Shown: positions 1-9,773 of the stretch, piece by piece
How the letters are laid out: every line of letters starts with the position of its first letter
Position numbering within the stretch: position 1 is the first letter of the stretch
Notes under the pieces: generated by a model
The model's input: the letters and a program-made list of their open reading frames with translations, nothing else
Databases searched by the model: none
What the model was told of the DNA's origin: nothing
Position numbers and translations under genes: made by a program
From: a bacterium
Lineage (GTDB): Bacteria; UBA8248
Direction of reading: 5' to 3'
Length of the DNA: 64,000 bases
NCBI GenBank assembly: GCA_965207065.1
Contig: OZ242260.1
Location: forward strand, 640,001 to 704,000

Positions 1-926
1 TCTTCTCTCGCCCGAAGCATCTCCCGGCAGGCTTCCCAGACTTCCCGGCCTCTTGTGGGGGCGGCCACGATTCGCAGGGCATCCGCCGCCAATGGCTCCG
101 CCTCCGCCTCATCGCGCGAGAAGAGCGCCTCGGCCAGACCCGAAAGCGGCCTCGGCGTGTGCAGAGCGATTTCTTCTCTGCGGAATCCCTGCCGCTCCAG
201 CCATTCGAGTAAAGGTTGCGCATGCGCGCATGCGGGCGCGCCCGTTTGCGCGGGCACCAGGGCCTGGGAGTTCGCCTCGCGGCAGACCGCCGCCGCCAGC
301 CTGCGCTGAAGCGCGTTCATCTCGGCGAAGCCGTAGAAGATGGTGGAAACGCGCGGCGGATCAGCTTCCGCCATCTCGCACGCCGTCTCGAATAGCGAGG
401 AGCGGTCGTAGTATTTCCGCTCGCGCATACTCTTATGGAAACGCTCGGCCAGAAACGCCAGATCGCGGAGGCGCGCCGCATCGGAGCCTGATATTTTCCG
501 GCTGAGTTCCCTTAAAATCTCAGGAGAGAGGTTCGCCTCGGCCAGGTCCGTCAGGGTTGCGCAGAGGCTTTCTCCGTATCCTCTCGTATCCGCTTTGAAA
601 AAGGCGAACTCCCCCCGCGCGCTCTCGAACGCTTTTTCCGCCAGGACTTCGGCGAGCGCCGGATGGGGACGCGTGAATCCCGACAGCGCGCGCTGCGGCT
701 CGGCAATCTCGCGCGCCAGATCGATCATGCTCAGAACCTCTACGCCCGCGAAGCCGCCCGCGCGCGCGAGCACGCCCTGGACGTGAGTGCGCAGCCGGTT
801 CGAGATGACGACCACCCGCCTTTGCGCGAGGGGGTCTCCCCCGCCCAGGCTGCGCACGCGCGGCGCGAGGGATGGTTCCAGATGGTGAAAAGGAGCTGCA
901 ATTAGAATTTTGGGGGCCGACGCCAT
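1..926 (-). CDS. AddB/RecC-like helicase-nuclease subunit, N-terminal part (runs off window edge)
   Basis: Not in the ORF track. My manual translation from ATG 926 (alternative in-frame ATG 938) is open to base 1: MASAPKILIAAPFHHLE..DPLAQRRVVVISNRL..IFYGFAEMNALQRRL..LRIVAAPTRGREV, resembling AddB-type inactivated helicase motifs. Confidence 0.6.
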   Translation of the reverse strand, partial: MASAPKILIAAPFHHLEPSLAPRVRSLGGGDPLAQRRVVVISNRLRTHVQGVLARAGGFAGVEVLSMIDLAREIAEPQRALSGFTRPHPALAEVLAEKAFESARGEFAFFKADTRGYGESLCATLTDLAEANLSPEILRELSRKISGSDAARLRDLAFLAERFHKSMRERKYYDRSSLFETACEMAEADPPRVSTIFYGFAEMNALQRRLAAAVCREANSQALVPAQTGAPACAHAQPLLEWLERQGFRREEIALHTPRPLSGLAEALFSRDEAEAEPLAADALRIVAAPTRGREVWEACREMLRARE

Positions 927-988
927 GGGGTGTTCCATATCACCGGTGGTGGGCGGTTCCGCCGGTCGAAGCAAATCCAAACGCTCGA

Positions 989-1954
989 CTAGGTGTTCAG
1001 CACGCTCTCGCCGAACAGATCCTCCACCTCGAGCAGGCCGGGCGTGAGACCCTGCGCGTGGGCGTAGGAGAGGAGCTTTTCGAGTGACGCGCGGTTCGCC
1101 TCCACCCCGTAGGGCCAGAAATCATCGCCGAAAATCTTGCGCGTCTCGTCCATCACCGAGGGCAGAAACGGGATCATGGCCGAGAGCGCGCCGTTGTCGC
1201 TCAGTAGCTCCATCGTTTTCTCGCGCGCCTCGCACATGGCCTCATAGATGGACCCGAGCGCCCAGGGGTTTTGCTCGTGAACGTCCTTTCTCAGCACGAC
1301 GCAGTGCATCATGGGGTGAACGCCCGTTCTCTTGTAATACGCCGTCTCGGCGGCCTTGTAGTCCGGGAACAGGCGCTTGACGCGCGGCGAACCCTTGGCG
1401 AAGCACTCCGGCACCTGATGGATAAGCGCGCCGTCCACCTCGCCCGATTCGAGCATGTTCGACACCGTCTGGCCGGGCTTCATGTAGCGGATACTTGCGC
1501 CGGGCGGCATGGGTATCGGCACACGCGGCTCGATGGCCGCCACCCAGTCCACAGAACTCACGTCGAGGCCGTACTCCTCGGCGAGAATGCCGACTATCCA
1601 CACGACCGCCGTCATCCCCCATTCTCGGATCACGACCCGCTTGCCGTTCAGGTCCGCCACCTCATCGACACCCGCATCGGTGTTCGCGTAGACCATCGAA
1701 TGCCGGAAGACGCGGCTCGGGAAGGCGGGCATCCCCACGAAGGGACTTTCTCCCTCACCCAGCAGGAACATGTGCGCGCCCATCGACATTTCGGACAGGT
1801 CGAACTCCTGGTGCCTGCACATGCGGAAGAATATCTCGGAAGGCGGCAGGGAGAGCACACGGAGGTCCACACCATTCGGGCGAACAGCGCCCATCTTGAG
1901 AATGTTGGTGCGATCGTAATCGCCAAACGCCGCGGTGAGCTCCAGATCCGGCAT
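989..1954 (-). CDS. 4,5-dihydroxyphthalate decarboxylase-like protein (periplasmic-binding-protein fold)
   Basis: DYDRT, FDLSEMS, FPSRVFRHS, HPMMHCVV, DFWPYGVEAN motifs typical of this family. Confidence 0.75.
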   Translation of the reverse strand: MPDLELTAAFGDYDRTNILKMGAVRPNGVDLRVLSLPPSEIFFRMCRHQEFDLSEMSMGAHMFLLGEGESPFVGMPAFPSRVFRHSMVYANTDAGVDEVADLNGKRVVIREWGMTAVVWIVGILAEEYGLDVSSVDWVAAIEPRVPIPMPPGASIRYMKPGQTVSNMLESGEVDGALIHQVPECFAKGSPRVKRLFPDYKAAETAYYKRTGVHPMMHCVVLRKDVHEQNPWALGSIYEAMCEAREKTMELLSDNGALSAMIPFLPSVMDETRKIFGDDFWPYGVEANRASLEKLLSYAHAQGLTPGLLEVEDLFGESVLNT

Positions 1955-2162
1955 CTCTCCCCCTTTCGCGTCATCAAATCGTGAAAGCGCATCTTTGCAA
2001 TGATGGTGGAACGAGCAAACGGTTTCTCATAGTTTTATCCGCTCGGCAACGAGGCGAGTGCTCGGGCTCCTGAAAACGCCCGGTTGACCACCCGCCGCCC
2101 GGCGTGGCATGAAGGGGCGGGAATTCCGGGCATTCCGCATCAACAACCGAAAAGGATGACGC

Positions 2163-3206
2163 TTGGCTGAACAGATTAGAGTGATCGTATGCGGATTCGG
2201 ACGCGTCGGGCGCGAATTCGCGAGACTCATCCAAGAAAAAGCGGAACTCATGCAGGCGTCCTATGCTATAGAACCGATCATCGTCGGCGTGGGCGAACTA
2301 AACGGGAGTCTGTACAGCACCTACGGACTCGACGCGGCGAAGACGGCGGACGCCTTCGAGCGAGAGGGCGGCTTCGGGGGCCATCCTGGTCTCAAGGCGG
2401 ACTGGCAGGGGCTCGACCTGGTTCGCTCCGCACAGGCAGACGCCCTCATCGAGACGACGCCCACCGACATCCGCACGGGCGAACCGGCCTTGAGCCACAT
2501 CCGCGAGGCGCTCGGAAAGGGCATGAACGTGGTGAGCGCGAACAAGGGGCCGTTCATCCGCGCCTACCGGGAACTCACCGGCTTGGCGCGGGAGAGAAAC
2601 GCGGAACTTAAAATCTCCGCCGCCGCGGCAGCCGCGCTCCCGACCATCGACGTGGCCGAGACGTGCCTGGCGGGCGCGGAGATTCTGGGGGTCGAGGGCG
2701 TGCTGAACGGGACGACGAATTTTATTCTCACCCGCATGAGGACGAACGGACAGAGTTATGAAGAAGCGCTCGCAGAGGCGCAGGCGCTCGGAATCGCGGA
2801 GACCGACCCCACGCTCGACGTGGAGGGATTCGACACGGCGAACAAGCTCGCGCTCATCACCAACGTCTGCATGGGTGCGGACCTGACGCCCGATGACGTG
2901 GAGCGGACGGGCATTGCCGGGATGTCTCTCGAAGATGTGCAGCGCGCGAGCGCGGCGGGCAAGATCATGCGCCTCGTGGGCGTCTCGAAGCGGGATGAGG
3001 CCGGGCGCGTCTCGGCCCGCGTCGCGCCCGAACTGCTCTCGCCCGATCATCCCCTGGCGGGCGTGGAGGGGGCGGAGAAGGGCATCACCTACACGAGCGA
3101 TACGATGGATCGCGTCACCGTCGTGGGTGGCAAGAGCGACCCGCGCGGGGCCGCCGCCGCTTTGCTGAAAGACCTCATCAACATTTATCGTCATACATCA
3201 TCCTGA
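2163..3206 (+). CDS. homoserine dehydrogenase-like oxidoreductase (no ACT domain)
   Basis: GFGRVG Rossmann motif, VVSANKGP, GVLNGTTNFIL, AETDPTLDVEGFDTANK. Confidence 0.85.
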   Translation: MAEQIRVIVCGFGRVGREFARLIQEKAELMQASYAIEPIIVGVGELNGSLYSTYGLDAAKTADAFEREGGFGGHPGLKADWQGLDLVRSAQADALIETTPTDIRTGEPALSHIREALGKGMNVVSANKGPFIRAYRELTGLARERNAELKISAAAAAALPTIDVAETCLAGAEILGVEGVLNGTTNFILTRMRTNGQSYEEALAEAQALGIAETDPTLDVEGFDTANKLALITNVCMGADLTPDDVERTGIAGMSLEDVQRASAAGKIMRLVGVSKRDEAGRVSARVAPELLSPDHPLAGVEGAEKGITYTSDTMDRVTVVGGKSDPRGAAAALLKDLINIYRHTSS

Positions 3207-3223
3207 AACCGGAGAGATTATTC

Positions 3224-4825
3224 ATGAACAACGCGGACCTGATCGTCAAAACCATGAAGGAAGCGGGCGTCACGCACTGCTTCGGCATCCCGAGCGGCAA
3301 CGTCCTGCCCATGCTCGAGGCCATGCGCAAGGGGGGGATTACCTTCGTCCTCACCGCGCACGAGGGCTCGGCGAGCTTCGCCGCCGACGTGATGGGCCGC
3401 CTGACGGGCGCGCCCGGTTTCTGCATCGCAACGCTGGGACCCGGCGCCACCAACCTCTCGACCGGCGTGGGCAACGCCTATCTTGACCGCTCCCCGCTCA
3501 TCGCGCTGACCTGCAACCTGCACACGCACCAGCTCGGGCGACGCATCCAGATGTACATCGACCACCACACCCTCTACCGGCCCATATCCAAGGCGAGTCT
3601 TCCGCTCAGAAAAGGCCGCGTCGCCGCCGTACTGGAAGAGGCGATGGGCCTCGCCTTGAGCGAGCCGCACGGCCCGGTGCATCTGGACCTTCCAGAAGAC
3701 GTATCGCTCGCACCCGCCACAGAAGAACTGCCGCCGATTCCTCAGGGAAAGCGCCACCGGGCAGCGCCCGAGAGCGCGTTCGGGAAACTGGAATCACTGC
3801 TACAAAGCGCCAAGCGGCCCGTCGCGGTCTTTGGTTCCACGAGCATGCGGATGGAGAACCCCGCGCTTTTGCGCGACTTCATCGACCGCCACCAGCTTCC
3901 CTTCGCCACGACCACGATGGCGAAAGGAATGATAGACGAGGACCACCCGCTATCGGTCGGCTGCATCGAACGCGGAAAGCGGCAGGTGCAGCGCGAGTTC
4001 CTGAGAAGCGCAGACATGATCCTCGGGGTCGGCTACGACGTGATCGAGGTGGAATACGAGCAATGGATAAAGGACGTGCCCCTCGTGAACGTGGACATCG
4101 ACCCGGTGGACGCGGATTCCTCGGTCGAAATCGCCCATGAGGTGGTGGGCGACCTGGATGCGTCCCTAAGGCGCATGAACGACATGGCGCCCGGCAGCTA
4201 CGAGTGGCCCTCGGACGCCGCCTTGCGGCACAAGGAAAGATTCCAGAAGGCCCTGCGCCCTCAGGTTCCGCACTTCGCGGCTCATGAGGCCATCGACGTG
4301 GTGCGCGAGGTGACGCCAAAGGAGGGGATACTCTCCTTCGACGTGGGCGCGCACACCCACCAGATAGCCAGCCAGTGGACGGTGCACGACCCGCGCACCT
4401 TCCTCATCACGAACGGGTGGTCCTCGATGGGCTTCGGCCTGCCCGGCGCCATCGCCGCGAAACTCGCATGTCCCGACAAACCCGTCGTCGCCCTCATCGG
4501 GGACGGGTGTTTCCAGATGACGTGCGGCGAGGTGGCCGTCGCCAAGAGAATGGGGCTCGCCATCCCCATCGTCGTTCTGGACGACAGGTGGCTCTCGCTC
4601 ATCCAGGTCAAACAGGACAGGCGGGATTACGGCCGCTACGGCACCGAACTCCAGGCAGAGGAATACCAGGCGCCGCCCGCCCATTACTTCGGCGTGCCCG
4701 CCGTGGGCGTGAGAACACCGGAAGAACTCAGGCGCGTGCTCACCGAAGCCTTCCAGGCCGATGGGCCGACAGTCATCGAGGCGGTGGTGGACGCCGCGCA
4801 CTACGACGACACGGTGTTCGACTAG
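3224..4825 (+). CDS. thiamine-diphosphate-dependent enzyme, acetolactate synthase-like
   Basis: FGIPSG, HEGSASF, TLGPGATN, GPVHLDLPED, SSMGFGLPGAIAAK, GDGCFQM ThDP motif. Confidence 0.85.
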   Translation: MNNADLIVKTMKEAGVTHCFGIPSGNVLPMLEAMRKGGITFVLTAHEGSASFAADVMGRLTGAPGFCIATLGPGATNLSTGVGNAYLDRSPLIALTCNLHTHQLGRRIQMYIDHHTLYRPISKASLPLRKGRVAAVLEEAMGLALSEPHGPVHLDLPEDVSLAPATEELPPIPQGKRHRAAPESAFGKLESLLQSAKRPVAVFGSTSMRMENPALLRDFIDRHQLPFATTTMAKGMIDEDHPLSVGCIERGKRQVQREFLRSADMILGVGYDVIEVEYEQWIKDVPLVNVDIDPVDADSSVEIAHEVVGDLDASLRRMNDMAPGSYEWPSDAALRHKERFQKALRPQVPHFAAHEAIDVVREVTPKEGILSFDVGAHTHQIASQWTVHDPRTFLITNGWSSMGFGLPGAIAAKLACPDKPVVALIGDGCFQMTCGEVAVAKRMGLAIPIVVLDDRWLSLIQVKQDRRDYGRYGTELQAEEYQAPPAHYFGVPAVGVRTPEELRRVLTEAFQADGPTVIEAVVDAAHYDDTVFD

Positions 4826-4900
4826 AAAATACCTCGAACCGGGCGATTATGGTAATATTTCCTCAAAAGAATTGGTGACCCTCTACGTAGAGAAAACATC

Positions 4901-5842
4901 ATGCCCAAAACTCACCATAAGTTTCGATATTGGTCCCACATGGTCTTTGTTGCGGCGATATCGGCCATCGCGGCGCTTTCATCCGTCGATGCTGCGCCAT
5001 ACGACATCGTTGCGGAGAGCAAGAAAACCAAAATCCGAATCGGCGGTTACGATTATTCGTTGGAAGGAAGACTGTTTCGTCCCGAAGGCGAGGGCAGATT
5101 TCCCCTGGTCGTCCTCGCGCACGGCGCTTGCGGCAAGAGATGCAGGCGCAAGTATCCGGAAAGCCGTCTGGCTTCTCCCGCGAAAGTATTCGCCCGCTCC
5201 GGCTATATTGCGTACACGTTTAATAGAATCGGATACGGCAATTCCACCGGATACGAGTGGAACGACCACAATCCTTTCGGCAGAACCGGGGGGTGCAGAA
5301 AGCAAAATTACCTCCAAGCGGCGAGAAGTAGCGGACTGGAAATCCGGCTGGTCATAGAAGCTCTGATCCGGCAAGAACTAAAATACGTGAACCCCGAAAA
5401 AATCCTAGCGGTGGGCCAATCCGGAGGAGGCCTGGCCGTGTTCGGCTTGACGGAAGGCCCGAAATCGCATGAACACCTGACCGGCCTTAAGGGAATAATC
5501 AGCACGGCCGGCGCCTTGGGTGGAAGCTGCGCGCGGGGCGATTATCTGGGCCCTCATTTTTTCAACGATAACATGCTCGAAGCGTACAAAACGTTTGGCC
5601 GAAAATCCAAAACGCCGGCTCTGATGGTGTATGCGAAAAACGACACCCGAACCGTCAGGGCCGCTTCCTGGCGTGACGCCTATAACGAGAGCGGTGGCAA
5701 GGCCACGCTGGTCGTACTACCCGACCAGGGTTCCACACCGAGGCAAGGACACGGGTACTTTTACAAATCGTGGTCGACGGAAGCGTGGAAACCCCATTTC
5801 AGCGCATTTCTCTCCTCGCTCGGCCTGCCTGAGTTGAATTGA
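4901..5842 (+). CDS. secreted alpha/beta hydrolase (dienelactone hydrolase-like)
   Basis: Signal-peptide-like N-terminus, FPLVVLAHG, nucleophile GQSGGG, ND..GH catalytic residues; more AT-rich than flanking genes. Confidence 0.7.
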   Translation: MPKTHHKFRYWSHMVFVAAISAIAALSSVDAAPYDIVAESKKTKIRIGGYDYSLEGRLFRPEGEGRFPLVVLAHGACGKRCRRKYPESRLASPAKVFARSGYIAYTFNRIGYGNSTGYEWNDHNPFGRTGGCRKQNYLQAARSSGLEIRLVIEALIRQELKYVNPEKILAVGQSGGGLAVFGLTEGPKSHEHLTGLKGIISTAGALGGSCARGDYLGPHFFNDNMLEAYKTFGRKSKTPALMVYAKNDTRTVRAASWRDAYNESGGKATLVVLPDQGSTPRQGHGYFYKSWSTEAWKPHFSAFLSSLGLPELN

Positions 5843-5921
5843 CGAAAAAACGTCGATTCTCGGGCTTCGATGTCGACGGAGGTTTCTCTCCCGGCGCATC
5901 ATTCTGGCGGTAAATCCAGCC

Positions 5922-6149
5922 ATTATCCTTGCAAATTGGAAGTCAAACTTTTAATTTGCAAGGATAATATGCTTTTTCTCGCATAAAATGCGCCGGATTT
6001 GCCTGATTGTGCAAAGGTTTACAACCTTGTCATGGGTCGCTTTGACGGCCATTATCCTTGTAAATTGAAAGGTAGACTTTAGATTTACTAGGATTTTATT
6101 GTATTATCCTTGCAAATTAAAAGTATATGTTTTAATTTACGAGGATGAT
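5922..6149. repeat. three copies of a 47-bp imperfect palindrome (16-15-16)
   Basis: 5922-5968 attatccttgcaaatt-N15-aatttgcaaggataat (perfect arms); 6051-6097 and 6103-6149 are degenerate copies with identical spacing; the third overlaps ATG 6145. Confidence 0.9.
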
Positions 6150-7323
6150 ACATCGACGCGCATATCAAAACGTACTGAAAGCGCTCGGCAGGCAGGCGTC
6201 CGTCGCCCTGCTCGGGGCGCGTCAGGTCGGCAAGACGACGCTGGCGCTCGAGGTCGCCGAGAGCGCGGAGGCCGTCTATCTCGACCTCGAGTCCCGCGTG
6301 GACCGGGAGAAGCTCGCAGAGCCTGCGCTCTACCTCCGCGAGTACGAGGACCGCCTCGTCATTCTGGATGAGATTCACCGAACGCCGGAGTTGTTCCAGG
6401 AGTTGCGCGGGCTGATCGACCAGGGCCGCAGGCGGGGCAAACGGACGGGCCGCTTCCTGATGCTGGGCTCGGCTTCGCTGGATCTGCTCCGGCAATCGGG
6501 CGAGAGCCTCGCCGGGCGAATCGAATACGTCGAGCTCGACCCGCTCGACATAAGCGAGGCCGCACCCGACGCGCGAACCATGACGGCGCTGTGGGTGCGC
6601 GGCGGCTTCCCGGACAGTTTTCTCGCCGAGGACGACCCCGACAGCATGACCTTCCGGCGGAGCTTCATCCGCTCTTACCTGGAGCGCGACGTAACGCAAT
6701 TCGGCCGGCGAATCCCTGCGGAGACGCTGGAGCGGTTCTGGACCATGCTGGCCCACGGCCAGGGCACGCTGCTCAACGCATCGAAGCTGGCGGCAGGCCT
6801 TTCCGTCAGCGCCCCGACGGTGAGCGGCTACATCGATCTGCTGGTCGACCTGCTACTCGTGCGCCGCCTGCGCCCCTTCCACGCGAACGTGAAAAAGCGT
6901 CTGGTGAAATCGCCCAAGGTCTACGTGCGCGACAGCGGCATCGTCCACGCCCTGCTCGGTATCGAGGTCTACGACGCGCTCGCCGGACACCCGGTCGTCG
7001 GCCCGAGTTGGGAGGGATTCGTGATCGAGAACCTGCTCGCCGTCGCACCGCCCCGGACGATGGCGAGCTTCTACCGCACCCTCGCGGGCGCAGAGATCGA
7101 TCTCTTGCTGGAGATCCCGGGGAAGCGCGGTCCGTGGGCGATCGAGATCAAGCGCGGACTCTCAGGCGGTCCCGGCAAGGGCTTCCACCACGCTTGTGCA
7201 GACGTGAAACCCGAGCGTGCCTTCGTCGTATACTCGGGCGAGGAGCGCTACCCCATCTCGAAGGACGTGGAGGCGGTCGGCCTGCGGGAGATGGTCTCTA
7301 TCATCGAGCGCGGGGGAGAGTAG
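6145..7323 (+). CDS. AAA+ ATPase with DUF4143 domain (AAA_14 family)
   Basis: GARQVGKTT Walker A, ILDEIH Walker B, LGSAS, RGGFP, KSPKVYVRDSG, WEGFV, AEIDLL..AIEIK. Confidence 0.9.
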   Translation: MIHRRAYQNVLKALGRQASVALLGARQVGKTTLALEVAESAEAVYLDLESRVDREKLAEPALYLREYEDRLVILDEIHRTPELFQELRGLIDQGRRRGKRTGRFLMLGSASLDLLRQSGESLAGRIEYVELDPLDISEAAPDARTMTALWVRGGFPDSFLAEDDPDSMTFRRSFIRSYLERDVTQFGRRIPAETLERFWTMLAHGQGTLLNASKLAAGLSVSAPTVSGYIDLLVDLLLVRRLRPFHANVKKRLVKSPKVYVRDSGIVHALLGIEVYDALAGHPVVGPSWEGFVIENLLAVAPPRTMASFYRTLAGAEIDLLLEIPGKRGPWAIEIKRGLSGGPGKGFHHACADVKPERAFVVYSGEERYPISKDVEAVGLREMVSIIERGGE

Positions 7324-7346
7324 CCGGTTCGGGTGCAACGAGGGCC

Positions 7347-7709
7347 TCAAAGAAACCGCGCGTCCTCGATGATGGCTTCGTCGAAGTTCACGCCATCGAT
7401 ATCGGCGCCGACGAGGTCCGCCTCGCGGAAGCTCGCGCCCGCCACGTCCGCGTCGTTCAGGAGCGCGTCGCGGAGGACGGCGCCCTCCAGATCCGCGTTT
7501 CGCAGATCCGTCTCGCGCATGTCCGCGCCAGAGAGATCGGCGCCGCCCAGGTTCGCGCGCACCAGACTCGCCCCCCTCAGATTGGCGTCGGTGAGGTCGC
7601 ATCCGCTCAGGTCCGCCCAGGAGAGGTCCTCGCCCTCCATCGAGAGAGACTCGCCTTTTTGCGCGGCTTCTTCAATCAGTTGCTCCAGCTTCTCGCGCGT
7701 CATGTTCAT
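7347..7709 (-). CDS. pentapeptide repeat protein
   Basis: ADLSG/ANLRG/ADLEG A(D/N)LXX repeats; start probably ATG 7709 or 7703 rather than the ORF-track 7922. Confidence 0.8.
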   Translation of the reverse strand: MNMTREKLEQLIEEAAQKGESLSMEGEDLSWADLSGCDLTDANLRGASLVRANLGGADLSGADMRETDLRNADLEGAVLRDALLNDADVAGASFREADLVGADIDGVNFDEAIIEDARFL

Positions 7710-7920
7710 GATGGGGAAAATCATAAACCGGATCGGCGAACTTGCAAGGCCGGATTGACAAGAATCCGGCGCGAAGCCTACAAATAGACCCACGTGCGAA
7801 CGCTTTGGAGATGAGCAACTGCCCCTCTTCGAAGAATATTCATACTGAAAATGCGGTCTGAAACTGCAAAATCCAGGCGGGGAAACGCGCCTCGTCCAAG
7901 AAAATCGACAGGAGAATTCC

Positions 7921-9702
7921 ATGAAGGTTCAAAAGGCAGGCGTCGTCGGTCTGGGAACGATGGGCTCGAACATCGCTATCGTATGCGCCCGCGGCGGCAA
8001 GGAGACGTTGGTGTACGAGGCGAACCCAGCGGCCATGGAGGCCGGGATGGGCCGGGTGCGCTCGTTCGTGGACGCGGGCGTCGAGAAGGGAAAGACCTCT
8101 CCCGAGGAGAGAGACGCGATGATGGGCCGGATCGGCCAAGCCGAGTCGCTCACGGAACTCGAGGATTGCGACCTGGTGATCGAGGCCATCACCGAAGACC
8201 GCGAGGAGAAGAACAAACTGCTCCGGAGCCTGAACGCCGTACTGGGCGGGAGCGCCATCATCGCGTCCAACACGAGCACGCTCTCCATCTCCCACATGGG
8301 GGCGGCATCGGGGCGGCCGTCCCAGACCATCGGCACCCATTTCTGCCTGCCGGCCGCGCTCAACAAGCTCGTGGAGGTCGTCCCCGGTCTCCTCACGAGC
8401 GATGAGACCACAAGCGCGACGAGCGCCTTTCTGGAGGAAGTCGGGCAGACGCCCGTAACGGTCAAGGACTGGCCCGGCTTCGTGCTCAACTACTTCCTGG
8501 TGGCGTTCCAGAACGACTGCATCCGCCTGATCGAGTCGGGCTACACGAACCCAGCGGACCTGGACGCGGGCGTGCGGCTCGGCCTGGGCTACAGGATGGG
8601 CCCCATGCGCCTGCTCGATATCGAGGGACTCGACATCCACCGCACGGTCTCGCTCTCGATGTACGAACAACTGAAAGACCCGCGCTACATTCCACCGCCG
8701 CTGGTGGACCGCATGATCGACGCAGGTCATCTGGGCGCCAAGACGGGCAAGGGGTTTTACACGTATAAGTCCGCAGGACTATTCGGCGTAGCGGAACCCG
8801 AAGAAGACGCCGCGAATGCGCGCGACCTCTCCCGGGGACAGCCCATCGCGGACGCGGTGAAGAAAGTGGGCGTGGTCGGCCTGGGCGCCATGGGTTCTGG
8901 CATCGCGCAGGTCTGCATTACCGCTGGACTGGAAGTCACCGGCGTGGAGGTGAACCCGGACGCCCTGGAAGCGGGCCTTACCCGCATCCGCAGGAACCTG
9001 GACGGCGCGGTGAAGCGCGGCAAGATGGACGAGGCCCGGAAAGAGGCGACGCTGGCGCGCCTCGGCGGATCGACCGACCTGGAAGCGCTCGCGGACTGCG
9101 ACCTCATCATCGAGGTGATCGTCGAGAACCTGGACGCCAAGCTCGAACTCTTCGAAAAGCTGGGGAACATTGCGAAAGAAGGGGCCGTCATCGCCTCGAA
9201 CACCTCGTGTCTATCGGTGACCGCCATGGCGGCCAAGACGAAAGCCCCCGAGCGTGTGGTGGGCCTCCATTTCTTCAACCCGCCCTACGCGATGCGCCTC
9301 GTCGAGGTGGTCGAGGCCATCCAGACGGCGCCCGAGATCACCGAGTTCGGAATCGCGTTCTGCCGCCGCATCGGCAAGACGCCGATTCCCGTGAAGGACA
9401 GGCCGGGGTTCCTGGTGAACCGCCTGCTCGTGCCCTATCTCAACCACGCCGCCCATGCGTTCGATGAGGGCCTCGCGGACAGGGAGAGCATGGACAAGGC
9501 CATCAGCATGGGACTCGGACACCCCATGGGGCCCCTCACCCTCATCGACCTGGTTGGCATCGACGTGCAGACCTTCGTCGCCGATTCGATGGCCGAAGAG
9601 CTGGGCGAGGCGAGGTTTTATGCGCCGCCCATCCTGCGCCGGATGACCTCGGCGGGTTGGCTGGGCAGAAAAACGGGCAAGGGTTTTTATGACTACGAAT
9701 AA
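7921..9702 (+). CDS. tandem two-module 3-hydroxyacyl-CoA dehydrogenase
   Basis: Two complete units: GLGTMG..SNTS..GTHF..PGFV..GAKTGKGFY and GLGAMG..SNTS..GLHFFNP..PGFLVNR..GRKTGKGFY. Confidence 0.9.
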   Translation: MKVQKAGVVGLGTMGSNIAIVCARGGKETLVYEANPAAMEAGMGRVRSFVDAGVEKGKTSPEERDAMMGRIGQAESLTELEDCDLVIEAITEDREEKNKLLRSLNAVLGGSAIIASNTSTLSISHMGAASGRPSQTIGTHFCLPAALNKLVEVVPGLLTSDETTSATSAFLEEVGQTPVTVKDWPGFVLNYFLVAFQNDCIRLIESGYTNPADLDAGVRLGLGYRMGPMRLLDIEGLDIHRTVSLSMYEQLKDPRYIPPPLVDRMIDAGHLGAKTGKGFYTYKSAGLFGVAEPEEDAANARDLSRGQPIADAVKKVGVVGLGAMGSGIAQVCITAGLEVTGVEVNPDALEAGLTRIRRNLDGAVKRGKMDEARKEATLARLGGSTDLEALADCDLIIEVIVENLDAKLELFEKLGNIAKEGAVIASNTSCLSVTAMAAKTKAPERVVGLHFFNPPYAMRLVEVVEAIQTAPEITEFGIAFCRRIGKTPIPVKDRPGFLVNRLLVPYLNHAAHAFDEGLADRESMDKAISMGLGHPMGPLTLIDLVGIDVQTFVADSMAEELGEARFYAPPILRRMTSAGWLGRKTGKGFYDYE

Positions 9703-9773
9703 GCGCGCCCGCCGTTAGCGGCGCCTGATTCATCGATGCCTTCCACCGCCGCGACCATCGTACGGGGAGAGGA

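Noticed and set aside
53-1087. Plus-strand ORFs at window start
   Set aside because: Shadow ORFs antisense to the addB-like gene.
5922-6149. Palindromes as a CRISPR array or integron attC sites
   Set aside because: Irregular gaps (82 and 5 nt), degenerate copies, no cas or integrase genes, no RYYYAAC/GTTRRRY ends.
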